This document shows, in pieces, positions 1 through 11,783 of a stretch of DNA of 64,000 nt. Position 1 is the stretch's first letter. Each line of letters begins with the position of its first letter. A program made the translations under genes and the position numbers. Source of the DNA: Cetorhinus maximus (taxonomy: Eukaryota); assembly GCF_964194155.1 (NCBI RefSeq), contig NC_135901.1:28024001-28088000 (forward strand), written 5' to 3'. The notes under the pieces were generated by a model, which saw nothing but the letters and a program-made list of their open reading frames with translations, did not search any database and was not told the DNA's origin.

Positions 1-640
1 AGAGTCTGAAACCTCCTGGATTCACTTCCTTTCCCTTCAGTTCCTGCAAGTCAACAATTTGCCCCCAGAATGAGAAAAGAAATGGAAAGGGGGAGAAAAG
101 AGTGTTTTACTCACAGATGTTGGACACAGGAGGATGTTTTAGTCTGTGTAACGCTCGGTCTTCATTCACACCAAGCCCGCGCTCTGGTTGGCTGGAGGAC
201 CAGGTCCTTTTTGTCCTCCAACTCTCCCCATTGGTCACTCCCTCAACGTGAAGGTTACGGGGGGGTGGGGTGGGGGCTGTCACCCGCACATGCACAGCTT
301 TCCCTCTCCCTTGAACATTCGCAGTCCCGGGACGCCCGTCCGCGCAGCAGATAGAGTGCTTTCCCCAGCGCGGGACATTGTGGAAGCTGCGGCCGCCATT
401 ACCCATCCGGAGCCCAGTCTCCAAACCCCTGACACTGAGATGGAAAGTGGGGGTGGGGGGGTGCAGTGACCTCACCCTGACACAAAGTACATGTGGGTAG
501 TCACTGGATTTGATTGTGACGCTCCCTTCACAAAAACAGTTTGTTAACTTCATGTGTAAAGATTTAGACACCTGGGTGACATATTGGGGAGGGCAATAGG
601 CGAGTGTGAAACTGAACCCGAGAGTCAGCACCTTGAGGAG
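1..640. promoter_or_regulatory. Bidirectional ZNF promoter core 1: leftward type-A exon 1/intron arm plus rightward type-C exon
   Basis: 1-210 matches the arm repeated at 31130-31480 and 51340-51700, with a minus-strand donor (actcac 109-114). 300-640 is the reverse complement of 20260-20600 and 58860-59200. YY1-like gccgccatt near 392. Confidence 0.6.
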
Positions 641-1279
641 AGGAGAATTAGATAAAAGGCAAGAGGGGTAGGATGAATATGGGTGAGACAAAAATGAAAA
701 TAGAAAGCGCTGGAGACACTCAACAGGGATGGAATCATGTGTGGAGAGAGAAACGGAGTTAACATTTCGAGTAGAATATGACTCTCCTTCTGTAACGGTG
801 TAGACTCCTGGGTGACATATTGGGGAGGGCAATAGGTAATGGAGGAGGTCTTATGGAGCAGTGGGTGGTGCCCCTGCCTCTGAGCCAGAAGCTTCTGGTT
901 CAAGTCCGACTCCAGGACTTGATGGCCAAGGAAAGTGTCTTCAAAATGCAGACAAACAGGTTTAGTATCAACTTGTAAAACCTTCGAACACACACCAATG
1001 GCAAGCAGTAAGAGGAGTGGGAGGGCGGGGGAGATTCCTGCTCAGCCGCACGATGGAAAGAAATTGGAACCTCAGCTATCACTATCAGAGCAACTCCCAC
1101 TCCTCGGGGGGCTGGTTGGCTCAGTCGCCTGGAAGGTGGGTATATATCAGATTGGTGCCAACAACCTGTTCTGGCTGGGGTGGATTCGGGATCTGCCTCC
1201 TTGCCCTACCTCTGGTGGAGGTCGTGGCGCAGTGGGTCAGGCCTGTCTGCGCAGAGAACTCAAGAAGGAGGAAAAGGAT

Positions 1280-1620
1280 TCACTCTCTCATCGAGCTCGA
1301 TTACATACCAGGGAGAGGCCGTTCACCTACTCCATATGTGGGAATGGATTGACTCAGTCCTACTGGCATGTTCAGACTGGAGATAGGCTGATTAAATGTT
1401 CCAAGTGTGAGAGGGGATTCATTTGCTCATCCCACTTCCTAACACACAAATGAGTACATGTTTGATTGCAGGGGCTGGATTCTGCTGTTACTGCTGCTGC
1501 TCATCACATCCAGGACTGAACCATGTTTATTCTGACAATTGGGGTCTGTTTCTGCTGATGTTAATAACCCCTGTAACTGGGTTGCAGTTTAATATTCTGG
1601 ATAAATGTCAAATAAATCAG
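1280..1620 (+). pseudogene. Decayed C2H2 ZNF 3' remnant with family 3' UTR
   Basis: Translates as [13 protein letters not shown]...KCSKCERGFICSSHFLTHK*, followed by ggattctgctgtt...cacatccaggactgaaccatg and AATAAA near 1611. Confidence 0.65.
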
Positions 1621-2454
1621 CTTTGTTTTGGACACACAGTTTCTCAAGTGCTTGATGTCTCTGAGAGAAGAAAACGTAGGTTTTAAGCAGAGTCTTAAAG
1701 GAGGAGAGAGAAGTGGAGGGGTTAAGGGAGGGAATTCCAGAGTTTGGAACTTGGCAGCTGAAGACTGGAAGAGTGTCAGCCCTGGATTATGGGGGACTCG
1801 AGTCTCTGGAGTGGGGACTTGAACCCACGACCTTCAGACTCAGAGGCGAGTGTATGAGACTGACTGAGCCCTGGTATTCGGGGAAGTGATGTGAAGTCTC
1901 AGTTGCCTCATCCTTTCTCTGTCCTTTTCCCCTTTCCAGGATCAGCACATCGAGCTGAGAAACTGGGCAACAATTAAAAGGGGCAAGAAGAAAGTTAAGA
2001 GAATAAATTTCTTCACCCAGAGAATGTGGAACTCTCTGCCACAGGGAGTGGTTAAGGGGAATAGTATAGATATCTGTAAAGGTAAGCTGGATAAACACAT
2101 GAGGAAGAAAGGTGGGAGGAGGCTCGTGTACAGTATGAATGACCTGGACTGAATGTTTCTGTGCTGTACATTGTGTATGAAGAACTTGTATCATGCAACA
2201 TCCTCCAGCCCCTCAGCCAATGAAATACTTTTTTAAGATGAGGCATTTCAGCCTCTTTTAGTGAAGGTCAAGTCGAGCATTTTTAACATATGAACCATTC
2301 TCAAGTTTAGGTTAAGGATCTTACTGCACAAACAGCCACACTTATAAATATAGAACTAGCTCAGAATCAGAGGAGAGTGGGCAAAGACCAGGAAATGGTC
2401 AAACTAAAACCTACCCAGAATGCAGCAAGATGGACTGAGAAAGGTGACGCTGAG

Positions 2455-2740
2455 CTGAAAGGGGCCAGGGTACACACAGACTCTGATCATAAGAGGTTTG
2501 TGTACACACAGACTCTGACTGAAAGGGGATTGCGTACACACAGACTCTGACCGAAAGGGGTCTGCGTACACAGACCCTGACCGAGAGGGGTCTGTGTAGA
2601 CACAGACACTGACTGAAAGGGGTCTGCGTAGACACAGACTCTGATTGAAAGAGTTTTGTGTACACATACACACAGCCACTGATCGAACAGCGTTTGTGTA
2701 CACATACACACAACCACTGAACTAAAAGGGTTTGTGTAAG
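2455..2740. repeat. ~30-bp minisatellite (gtacacacagactctgactgaaaggggtctgc-like)
   Basis: About 8-9 imperfect tandem units are visible. Confidence 0.85.
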
Positions 2741-3789
2741 CTGAAGGAGTTGCATAAGTATGGACAATGTGTCTGCTGCCCATGTCATCTGAGGTGGTAG
2801 AGGTTGTATTTGGAAGGTGCTGTCAAAGGATCGTGGCAAGTTGCTACAGTGTATCTTGTAGATGGTACACACTGCAACCACAGTGTATCAATGGTAGAGG
2901 GAGCGCATGTTTAAGGTGGTCGGTGGGGTGCCAATCAAGTGGGCTGCTTTGTCCTGGATGAAACAAACTCTCCAATGTGAAAAGACTGGCTGATAAATCA
3001 TCAGTGTTTTGGGAAGGCACTGGGACCCAGCAAATAATTTCAGTCCGTTTGCTCTTCAAAGTTATATTGGAACCAATCACATGAGATGTTTGTCATTGAA
3101 TTGAATGCCTTGGCTCCTCACTCGGACACCTGAATGACAAGGGGCAGTGATCGGACAATATCTGGAAGCAATGAGCTGAAATGTTCTTCTGTGAGTGAAA
3201 CTGTTTCCCTTTAACCCGGAATGGACAATGTCATAGTTAATAGCAATACCGGGCTCAATTACGTTGAATATACAGCACAGAATAAGGCCATTCAGCCCAC
3301 CCAAACCATGCCAGTTTCACTTGAGAATCCTCCCATCCTTTCTCATCTCACTCTATCAGTGAATCCTTCTGTTCATTTCTCCCCCATGTGTTTACCCAGC
3401 TTCCCTTCAAATGTATCTATGTTATTCACCTCCACCACTCCCTGTGGTAGCGAGTTCCACATTCTCACCACTCTCTGGTAAAGAAGTTTCTCCCGAATTT
3501 CTGATTAGATTTATCAGTCACTATCTTATGTTGATGGCCCCTAGTTTTGCTCTTCCCCCTACAAGAGGAAACATTCTCTGTGTCTATCAAAACCTTTCAG
3601 AATTATAAAAACCTCCATTAGCCCTCAGCCTTGTCTTTCCAAGAGAGAAGTGACCCAGCCTATTCATCATCTCCGGATCAGTTATTCCTATGCTATAAAC
3701 TTCTGTGTCCCAGACATCCCCTCCCACTATTAATTTTAACCCTTATTCATCCTACTATCCTCCTCCTGCCTTTTATCTAATTCTCCTCT

Positions 3790-4100
3790 CCTCAAGGTGC
3801 TGACTCTCGGGTTCAGTTCCATACTCACCTATTACCCTCCCCAATATGTCACCCAGGTGTCTAAATCTTTACACCTGAAGTTAACAAACTGTTTTGCTAA
3901 GGGGACGTCACAGTCAAATCCAGTCACTACCCACATGTACTTTGTGTCAGGGTGGGGTCACTGCGGCCTCCACCCCTACTTTTCATCCCAGTCCCAGGAG
4001 TTTGGAGACTCGGCTCCAGATGAGTAATGGCAGCCATAGCTCCCACAATGCCCCGCGCTGAGAAACAGCACTATCCACCACGCGGGCGGGCGGTCCAGGT
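3790..4100 (-). promoter_or_regulatory. Orphan type-C exon 1/promoter half
   Basis: Colinear with 20260-20580 and 58860-59180. Minus-strand donor (ctcacctatt) near 3825. Confidence 0.5.
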
Positions 4101-4859
4101 CTATATATATCCATTCGGCCCATCATAGCCCTGGCATCTCTTTGAAAGGACTCTCTGATTCATCCAACTGCTCTGCTCTTTCCCCACAGCCCTGAAAATT
4201 CTTCCCTTTCAAGTATTTACCCTTTGGAACGGTACGATTGAATCTGCTTTCAGGCAGATCAGAACAAGTCACTGTGTCAAAAAATAAAATCTCATCTCCC
4301 CCACTGGCTCTTTTGCCAATTACCTTAGAGGGACTCACTTTCTGTTAAAGAGCCTGCCAACCCCTCTCACCTACTTTCCCTAAAGTGCAGAAATCTAATC
4401 ATGAAAAGTCCAGAAAAATCAAATATTTTTACTAACAAAAGTTTATTAATGAAACAGAACATGGTTAGAAAACATAAAATTACTTGAGGATCAAAGACAA
4501 CCAGAGTTAAAGGATGTGCACAATGTTCTGGACCCAAATGGTTTCTTTGCGGCTCCCCTGTACTCTGTTCCCGTGACTCCCCACTTTGGACACAGGGGCA
4601 CTGAACCCCGGGGGTCCCATCGGCCCCTCCTGAGCCCCGAGGTGCAAGATTTCCTGGGCATCCTTCCATTCGCTTTTGTATAATTGAGCTGTCAAAATTT
4701 CTTTAAATCTCACGACTGTGGATTCCTCAGCTCAAGCTTGAGTCTCACTGCCTTCTTGCTCTGACTGTGACCAGACAGACTGCATTCCTCCAGCCTGCTC
4801 CCACAGCTTCCTGACCGCTCTTTCCAAGGTAACTGTTCAAGCTGACCAACTTGGCTGCT

Positions 4860-5945
4860 GAAATACTCGATGCATTGACTGGAATGGCTTTTGAGACAGT
4901 AGGTGCATTGGTTGCAATTTTGCAAAATTCCCCAGATTCTGGAAATGTCTGGAAAGGCAACTCAAGTATTCAAGAAAGGAGGGACAAAGGAGGAAACTTA
5001 GTTAGCCTCATATCTGTCATAGGGAAAATGTTATATTATATTAATAAGGAGGTTATAGCTGGGCAGTAAGAAAATCAGAATACAATCAGGCAGAGTCAAC
5101 ATGGTTTTGTGAAAGAGAAATTGTGTTCAGCTCATGTATTAGCGTTCTTTGAGGAAGTAAGAAGGAAGGTGGATAAAGGGGAACATGCAGATGCAGTGTA
5201 CTTGGATTTCCAAAAGGCATCTGATATGGGTGCAACACCAAATGTTACTACACAAAATAAGAGTTTCTGGTACTGGGGATAAGATATTAGCTTGGGCAGA
5301 GGATTGGTTAGATAACAGGAAGCAGAGTAGGGACAAATGGGTCATTTCTGGGTTGGTAAGCTCTAACCAGTGGATTGCCACAGGGTTCAGTGCTGGTCTC
5401 TCAACTATTTACAATCTATCTCATTGGCTTGGATGAAGGGGCTGACTCACAAAGATAGGTAGGAGTGTAAGCTGTAAAGAGGACACGAATCTACAAGGGG
5501 ATACAGAAAGGTTAAGTGAGTGGGAAAACTTTTGGCAGATGGAGTACAATGTGGGAAAATGTGAACTTGTCCACTTTAGCAGGAAGAATAGAAAAGCTGG
5601 AGAGAGATTACAGAACTGTGTGGTACAGAGGGATCTGGGTGCCCTGAATCTCAAACGTTATGATGCAGGTACAGCAAGTGATTAGGAAGGCCAATGGAAT
5701 GTTGTTTTTTATTGCACAGAGAATGGAATATAAAAGTAGGGACAGTTTGCTACTGCTGGACAGGTCCTTGGTGAGACCACATCTGGAATACTGTGTACAG
5801 TTTTGGTCTCCTTACTTAAGAAAGGGTATAATTGGATGAGAAGTAGTTCAGAGGGTTCACTTGACTGATTCCTGGGTTGTCTCATGAGGAAAGGTTAAAC
5901 GGGTTGGGTCTGTATCCATTGGAGTTTAGAAGAATGAGATGGATG
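4860..5945 (+). mobile_element. Degenerate CR1 LINE ORF2 fragment
   Basis: Remnants of SQHGF, YLDFQKA, QMEYNVGKC and [13 protein letters not shown] motifs, with frameshifts. Confidence 0.85.
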
Positions 5946-5986
5946 TGATTGACAGCAGCACTAACAACACAAATCCAACCCCGTAA

Positions 5987-7100
5987 TCACTTGTGAACTC
6001 ACTGGTGTGTGAACAGATGGGATAACCGAGTGAATCCCTTCCCACACTCAGAGCAGGTGAATGGCCTCTCCCCAGTGTGAACTCGCTCGTGCATCAGCAG
6101 GTTGGATGAGTGAGTGAATCCCTTCCCACACTTGGAGCAGATGAACGGCCTCTCCCCAATGTGAACTCGCTGGTGTGACAGGAGGTTGGATGAATCAGTA
6201 AATCCCTTCCCACACTCAGAGCAGGTGAATGGCCTCTCCCCAGTGTGAACTCGCTCGTGCATCAGCAGGTTGGATGAGTGAGTGAATCCCTTCCCACACT
6301 TGGAGCAGATGAACGGTCTCTCCCCAATGTGAACTCGCTGGTGTGACAGGAGGTTGGATAAATCAGTAAATCCCTTCCCACACTCAGAGCAGGTGAATGG
6401 TTTCTCCCCAGTGTGAACACGCTGGTTTCTCTGCAGGTTGGGTAACTGAGTGAATCCCTACCCACATGCAGAGCAGGTGAATGGCCTCTCCCCGGTGTGA
6501 ACTCGCAAGTGTTTCTGCAGGGTGGATGAATCAGTGAATCCCTTCCCACACTCGGAGCAGGTGAAGGGCTTCTCCCTGGTGTGAACACGCAAGTGTTTCA
6601 GAAGGGTGGATGAATCAGTGAATCCCTTCCCACACTCGGAGCAGGTGAAGGGCTTCTCCCTGGTGTGAACACGCAAGTGTTTCAGAAGGGTAGATGAATC
6701 AGTGAATCCCTTCCCACACTCGGAGCAGGTGAATGGCCTCTCCCCGGTGTGACTGCGTCGATGAGTTTCCAGCTGACATGGGTAACTGACTTCCTTCCCA
6801 CAATCCCCACATTTCCACGGTTTCTCCATGCTGTGGGTATCCTTGTGTCTCTCCAGGATCGACGATCAGTAGAACCCTCCTCCACACACAGAACACATGT
6901 ACGGTCTCTCCCTGCTGTGAATGGTGTGATTTTTTTTTAGACTGTCTAACTGGTTGAAGCTCCTTCCACAGTCAGTGCACTGGAACACTCTCACTTGGGT
7001 GTGTGTGTCTCAGTGCGTTTCCAGTCACACTGATGTTTGAGGCAAACAAAACAAACATTTCTCCTTCTAGATTCAAAGGCTGATAATATTCATGTCCCGG
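5987..7100 (-). pseudogene. C2H2 ZNF paralogue A (about 10 finger repeats; TAG after finger 4; exon 1 lost)
   Basis: ORFs 6458..6829 ([12 protein letters not shown]) and 5999..6262. TAG at 6458-6460 and TGA at 5999-6001. Leader cut by a Penelope-like element; 3' UTR cut by CR1. Confidence 0.85.
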
Positions 7101-7124
7101 TGAATCGAATGACAGGGAGGTTTT

Positions 7125-8240
7125 GGTCACCCAGTTTATGCTTGGTCTCTCCAATGTAGAGGAGACCGCATTGGGAGCAACGAGTGCAGTAGACTAAGGG
7201 GAAATGCAAGTGAAATGCTGCTTCACTTGAAAGGAGTTTTGGGCCCTTGGACGGTGAGGAGAGGGGAAGTGAAGGGGCAGGTGTTGCATCTTCTGCGTGG
7301 GCGTGGGGAGGTGCCATAGGTGGGGGTTGAGGAGTAGGGGGTGATGGAGGAGTGGACCAGGGTGTCCTGGAGGGTACGATCCCTACGGAATGCCGCCGGG
7401 GGGGGGTGAAGGGAAGATGTGTTTGGTGGTGGCATCATGCTGGAGTTGGCGAAAATGGCGGAGGATGATCCTTTGAATGCGGAGGCTGGTGGGGTGATAA
7501 ATGAGGACAAGGGGGACCCTATCATGTTTCTGGGAGGGAGGAGAAGGCGTGAGGGCGGATACGCGGGAGATGGGCCGGACACGGTTGAGGGCCCTGTCAA
7601 CGACCGTGGGTGGAAAACCTCGGTTAAGGAAGAAGCAGGACATGTCAGAGGAACTGTTTTTGAAGGTAGCATCATCAGAACAGATGCGACGGAGGTGAAG
7701 GAACTGAGAGAATGGGATGGAGTCCTTACAGGAAGCGGGGTGTGAGGAGCTGTAGTTTTTTGTTTTTTCCAATAATTTATATATATTTTTCTTTTCCCAC
7801 CTATTTCCAATATTTTTAAATCTATCCCTGTGATGCCCTGTCAGTCTTTCCACCCCACCCCCACTAGAGCTGTACCTTGAGTGTCCTGCCATCCATTCTT
7901 AATTAGCACATTCTCTTCGATAATATCACCACCTTTAACACCTCTTTGTTCCTTTGTCTGTGACATCTTTTGATTATCTGCTCCTATCACTGCTTGCTTG
8001 TTCCTACAACCACCCCCCCCAACCCCCCAACTTCTTCTCCCCCCCCACCCCCCCTCCCCCACACCTTAAACCAGCTTATATTTCACCCCTCTCCTAATTT
8101 TACTCAGTTCTGTTGAAGGGTCATGAGGACTCGAAACGTCAACTGTTTTCTTCTCCGCCGATGCTGCCAGACTTGCTGAGTTTTTCCAGGTTATTCTGTT
8201 TTTGTTTTGGATTTCCAGCATCTGCAGTAGTTTTTTGTTT
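7125..8240 (-). mobile_element. Penelope-like element fragment (RT C-terminus/linker plus GIY-YIG) with an oppositely oriented terminal repeat at 7770-8240
   Basis: SSSHPASCKDSIPFSQFLHLRRICS, AFRRDRTLQDTLVHS, RRCNTCP, VYCTRCSQCGLLYIGETK. Hammerhead-like motif at 8110-8143. Confidence 0.9.
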
Positions 8241-8249
8241 TTATCGCCG

Positions 8250-8760
8250 TCATCCGGTTGCCTGGAAACCTTGACTCGAGGAGGTGGAGGGGGAGGGGGA
8301 GGGGAAACGGGAACAATGGGTGGGGGCGGGGGCGGGGCTCCCGTGTCCGCGCGCCTAGCCTACAGACTGGAACCCGAGGACGTCACCGCGGAGTAGAGTG
8401 ATTCCTATTGGCTGATTCAGGCAGGGGTCCTTTCTAGACGTCACAATGCGGAAGTTGGACAATGAGCTTCAGACTAAAACTTCCTCCTCTGGGCAACATC
8501 TGTGAGGAAATCAATGTTTCCCCTTTCCATTTCTTTTCTCATTCTGGGGGCAAATTGTTGACTTGCAGGAACTGAAGGGAAAGGAAGTGAATCCAGGGAG
8601 GGTGCAGACTTTGGTAAGGCTGGCCCAGGTCTCTCTCTCTCTCTTAAAGACACTTTGCTCCCTCAGCTTGACACATTTATTTGTCTGGCTAAAATGATGG
8701 CCTCTTTCCTCATGTTCACAATTAAAGGGGTGGTTTCCCCAGGAGATGGCTGACATTCCC
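8250..8760 (+). promoter_or_regulatory. Promoter core 2, type-B exon 1 and intron start of ZNF paralogue B
   Basis: GC boxes (ggggcgggg), two gacgtca sites, attgg, gcggaagt, donor gtgagg at 8502. Matches 31620-32120. Confidence 0.7.
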
Positions 8761-9270
8761 TTGAACAATTTCAGCCTGATTTACTGGCCTGTATTTTAAG
8801 GGATTTCTCCTGATTTTACCTTTTGTCCCATATTTCTAGGACAATCTGTGGGAACCTGATCTTGAGAGTCTCCAGGGTGAGTTTGAGTGATTCGAGTGGG
8901 ACGGTAAGTGAACAAGTCGGCCAGCAGAGAGACGATGATGTTGCAACAGAACAAGATAAGTTGTAAGTTTTAGTTGATTTTAAACTCTATCCACTTTCTC
9001 TATTATTGTCTCAGGACCCCTCCTCCCCACCCCCTCTCATATTGAAACACAATGCCCTCCCTCAACCCTCTCTCATGGTCACCCGCATCGCACCACCACC
9101 CTCCCCCGGCCCCACGGTTGAAGTGTCCCTTAATTTATTTCCTATGAGTTCTGCCCCCGGACAATTCAGTAATAGAGAACATAGATATGTCTAATGTTGT
9201 GATAGGGGACATTTTAGCATGTTATTTATGGTTCTATAATTAAGTTAATTTATTCTTGTTTCTAGTTTTG

Positions 9271-9509
9271 CTGAAAAAAGAGCCACGTCAAAGCTTTTCA
9301 TCCTGCACTCATCAGGACACTTCGCAAGAACATCTCTACCAATCAGAGTCCACTTGCCAACCAATCCGCACTCTCTTTACATACAGTATAAGTTGTTCTT
9401 TTCCCTATATATTTGTCTTTTTGCAAAGTGTCCTGATGAATGCAAAACAAAAAGCTTCAACATGTCTCTTTTTTCAGCAATACTCAAGTTCTGTACTATC
9501 AAACGACTA
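9271..9509. mobile_element. Short inserted element with ~60-bp inverted ends, each carrying a hammerhead-like core
   Basis: Flanked by the direct repeat tttctagttttg (9259-9270, 9510-9521). Absent from paralogous introns (near 52440 and 59820). Confidence 0.7.
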
Positions 9510-9974
9510 TTTCTAGTTTTGTAATATAGTACTGTAACTATGTTGTATATTTCTAGTCATATATTCATTACGACATAGAAGGAGTCAGTTCAGCAACTCA
9601 AGTCCCTGCCGACTCTGTAGAGTAATCCAGTCAGTCCCATTCCCCCTCTATATCCCCATTCCTGTGCAAGTTTAGTTCTTTCAAGTGCCCTTCCAATTTC
9701 ATTTTGAAATCATTGATCATCTCTGCTTCCACCACCCTCGTACACAGTGAGTTTCAGGTCTTCACAACTCGCTGCTGAAATACAGTTCTCCCTCACAGCC
9801 CCATGTGTCTCCAAACATGTAATAGAGTACCGTACATTTTAAGTGCAGTATGATTGGGTGTACGCTGGGTAGATTAGATTTATAATGGAGAGAGTGTAGC
9901 AGAGTGAGAATACAGGGACTGTGTGTGGGATGGAGATTTACAGCTTTTGGGGAACGAGAGAGGGTACAGTGTGC

Positions 9975-11712
9975 TATAAGCTGGAAGACGTAGGTAGGGT
10001 TCTAAATGTATACTTTATGTCGTTGTTTACAAGTGATAGGGGCGACGTGGGTTTGGAAATCAGGCAGAAGAACTGTGATATAATTAAAGAAATTAGCATT
10101 GAAAGGGAGGAGGTTCTAAGTGGTCTGACAGGATTAAGAGTAGATAAATCTCCAGGCCCGGATGAAATGTATCCCAGACTGTTGAGTGAGGCAAGGGAGG
10201 AGATAGCAGGGGCACTGGTAATAATTTTCAATACCTCTCTGGCCACAGGAGAGGTGCCAGAGGATTGGAGGACAGCCAATGGGGTACCGTTATTCAAGAA
10301 GGGAGGAAGGGATAAACCAGGGAACTACAGGCCAGTTAGTCTAACCTCAGTGGTGGGGAAACTATTGGAAGCAATTCTGAGGGACAGAATTAATCCACAC
10401 TTGGAGAGGCAGGGATCAATCAAGGACAGTCAGCATGGTTTTGTTCAGGGGAAGTCATGTCTGACCAATTTGATTGAATTTTTCGAAGAGGTGACCAGGT
10501 GTGTAGATGAGGGCAATGCATTTGACATAGTCTACTTGGACTTCAGCAAGGCTTTTGATAAGGTACCGCATGGGGGACTGATAATGAAGGTAAGAGCCCA
10601 TGGGATCCAAGGCAATTTGGCAAATTGGATCCAGAATTGGTTGAGCGTCAGGAAGCAGAGGGTGATGGTTGAGGGGTGTTTTTGTGACTGGATACCTGTG
10701 TCCAGTGGGGATCCATAGGGATTGGTGCTGGGTCCCTTGCTGTTTGTGGTGTATATAAACGATTTAGGCTTGAATGGAGGAGGGCTGATCAGTAAGTTCG
10801 TGGATGACACGAAAATTGTTGGGGTGGTAAATAGTGAGGAGGATAGCCTTAGATTACAGGAGGATATGGACGGGCTGGTCAGATGGGCTGATCAGTGGCA
10901 AATGGAATTTAATCCGGATAAGTGTGAGACGATGCACTTGAGCAGGACAAACAATGCACGGGAATACACGATGAATGGTAGGACCCTGGGAAGTACCAAG
11001 GATCAGAGGGACCTTGGTGTGCATGTCCACCGATCCCTTAACGTAGCGGGACAGGTAGATAAGGTGGGTAAAAAGCCATATGGGATCCTTGCCCTTATTA
11101 GCCAAGGCATAGAATATAAGAGCAGGGAGGTTATGCTGGAACTGTATAAAACGCTGGTTAGGCCACAGCTAGAGTATTGCATGCAGTTCTGGAATCTGCA
11201 TTGTAGGAAGAATGCGATTGCACGAGAGAGAGTGCAGAAGAGATTTACCAGGATGTTGCCTGGGCTGGAGAGTTTTAGTTGTGAGGAGAGATTGGATAAA
11301 CTGGGGTTATTTTCCCTGGAGCAGAGGAGATTGAGGGGGCACATGATTGAGGTGTATAAAATTATGAGGGGCATAGATAGGGTAGACAGGAAGGAACTTT
11401 TCTCCTTGGTGGATGGATCAATAACTAGGGGGCATAGATTTAAGGTAAGGGGCAGGTGGTTTAGAGGGGATGTGAGGAAGAATTTTTTCACCCAGAGGGT
11501 GGTGGGAATCTGGAACTCACTGCCTGAAAGTGTGGTAGAGGCAGAAACCCTCATAACATTTAAGAAGTATTTGAAGAGCACTTGCAATGCCACGGCATAC
11601 AAGGCTATGGGCTTAGTGCTGGAAAATGGGATTAAAATAGTTAGGTACTTGTTTGACTGGCGCAGACGCGATGGGCTGAAGGGCCTTTTTCTGTGCTCTA
11701 TGACTCTATGAG
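9975..11712 (+). mobile_element. 5'-truncated CR1 LINE (reverse transcriptase region), relatively young, in the intron of paralogue B
   Basis: ORFs 9921..10718 and 10722..11711 are in one frame, split by a single TAG. KSPGPD, NYRPVSLTS, YLDFSKAFD, FVDD motifs; tctatga tandem tail. Confidence 0.95.
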
Positions 11713-11783
11713 AAATTAGAATTGCCTGCTCTGAATTTCTATCCTGTACTGACAGTGATGATTTTTGTAAACACTCTTTACAG

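Noticed and set aside
2455-2740. CRISPR-like repeat array
   Set aside because: No unique spacers, eukaryotic context and no cas genes; it is a minisatellite.
4507-4713. Collagen-like GPMGPPG peptide
   Set aside because: Only two triplets, and not preserved in the other copies of this repeat.
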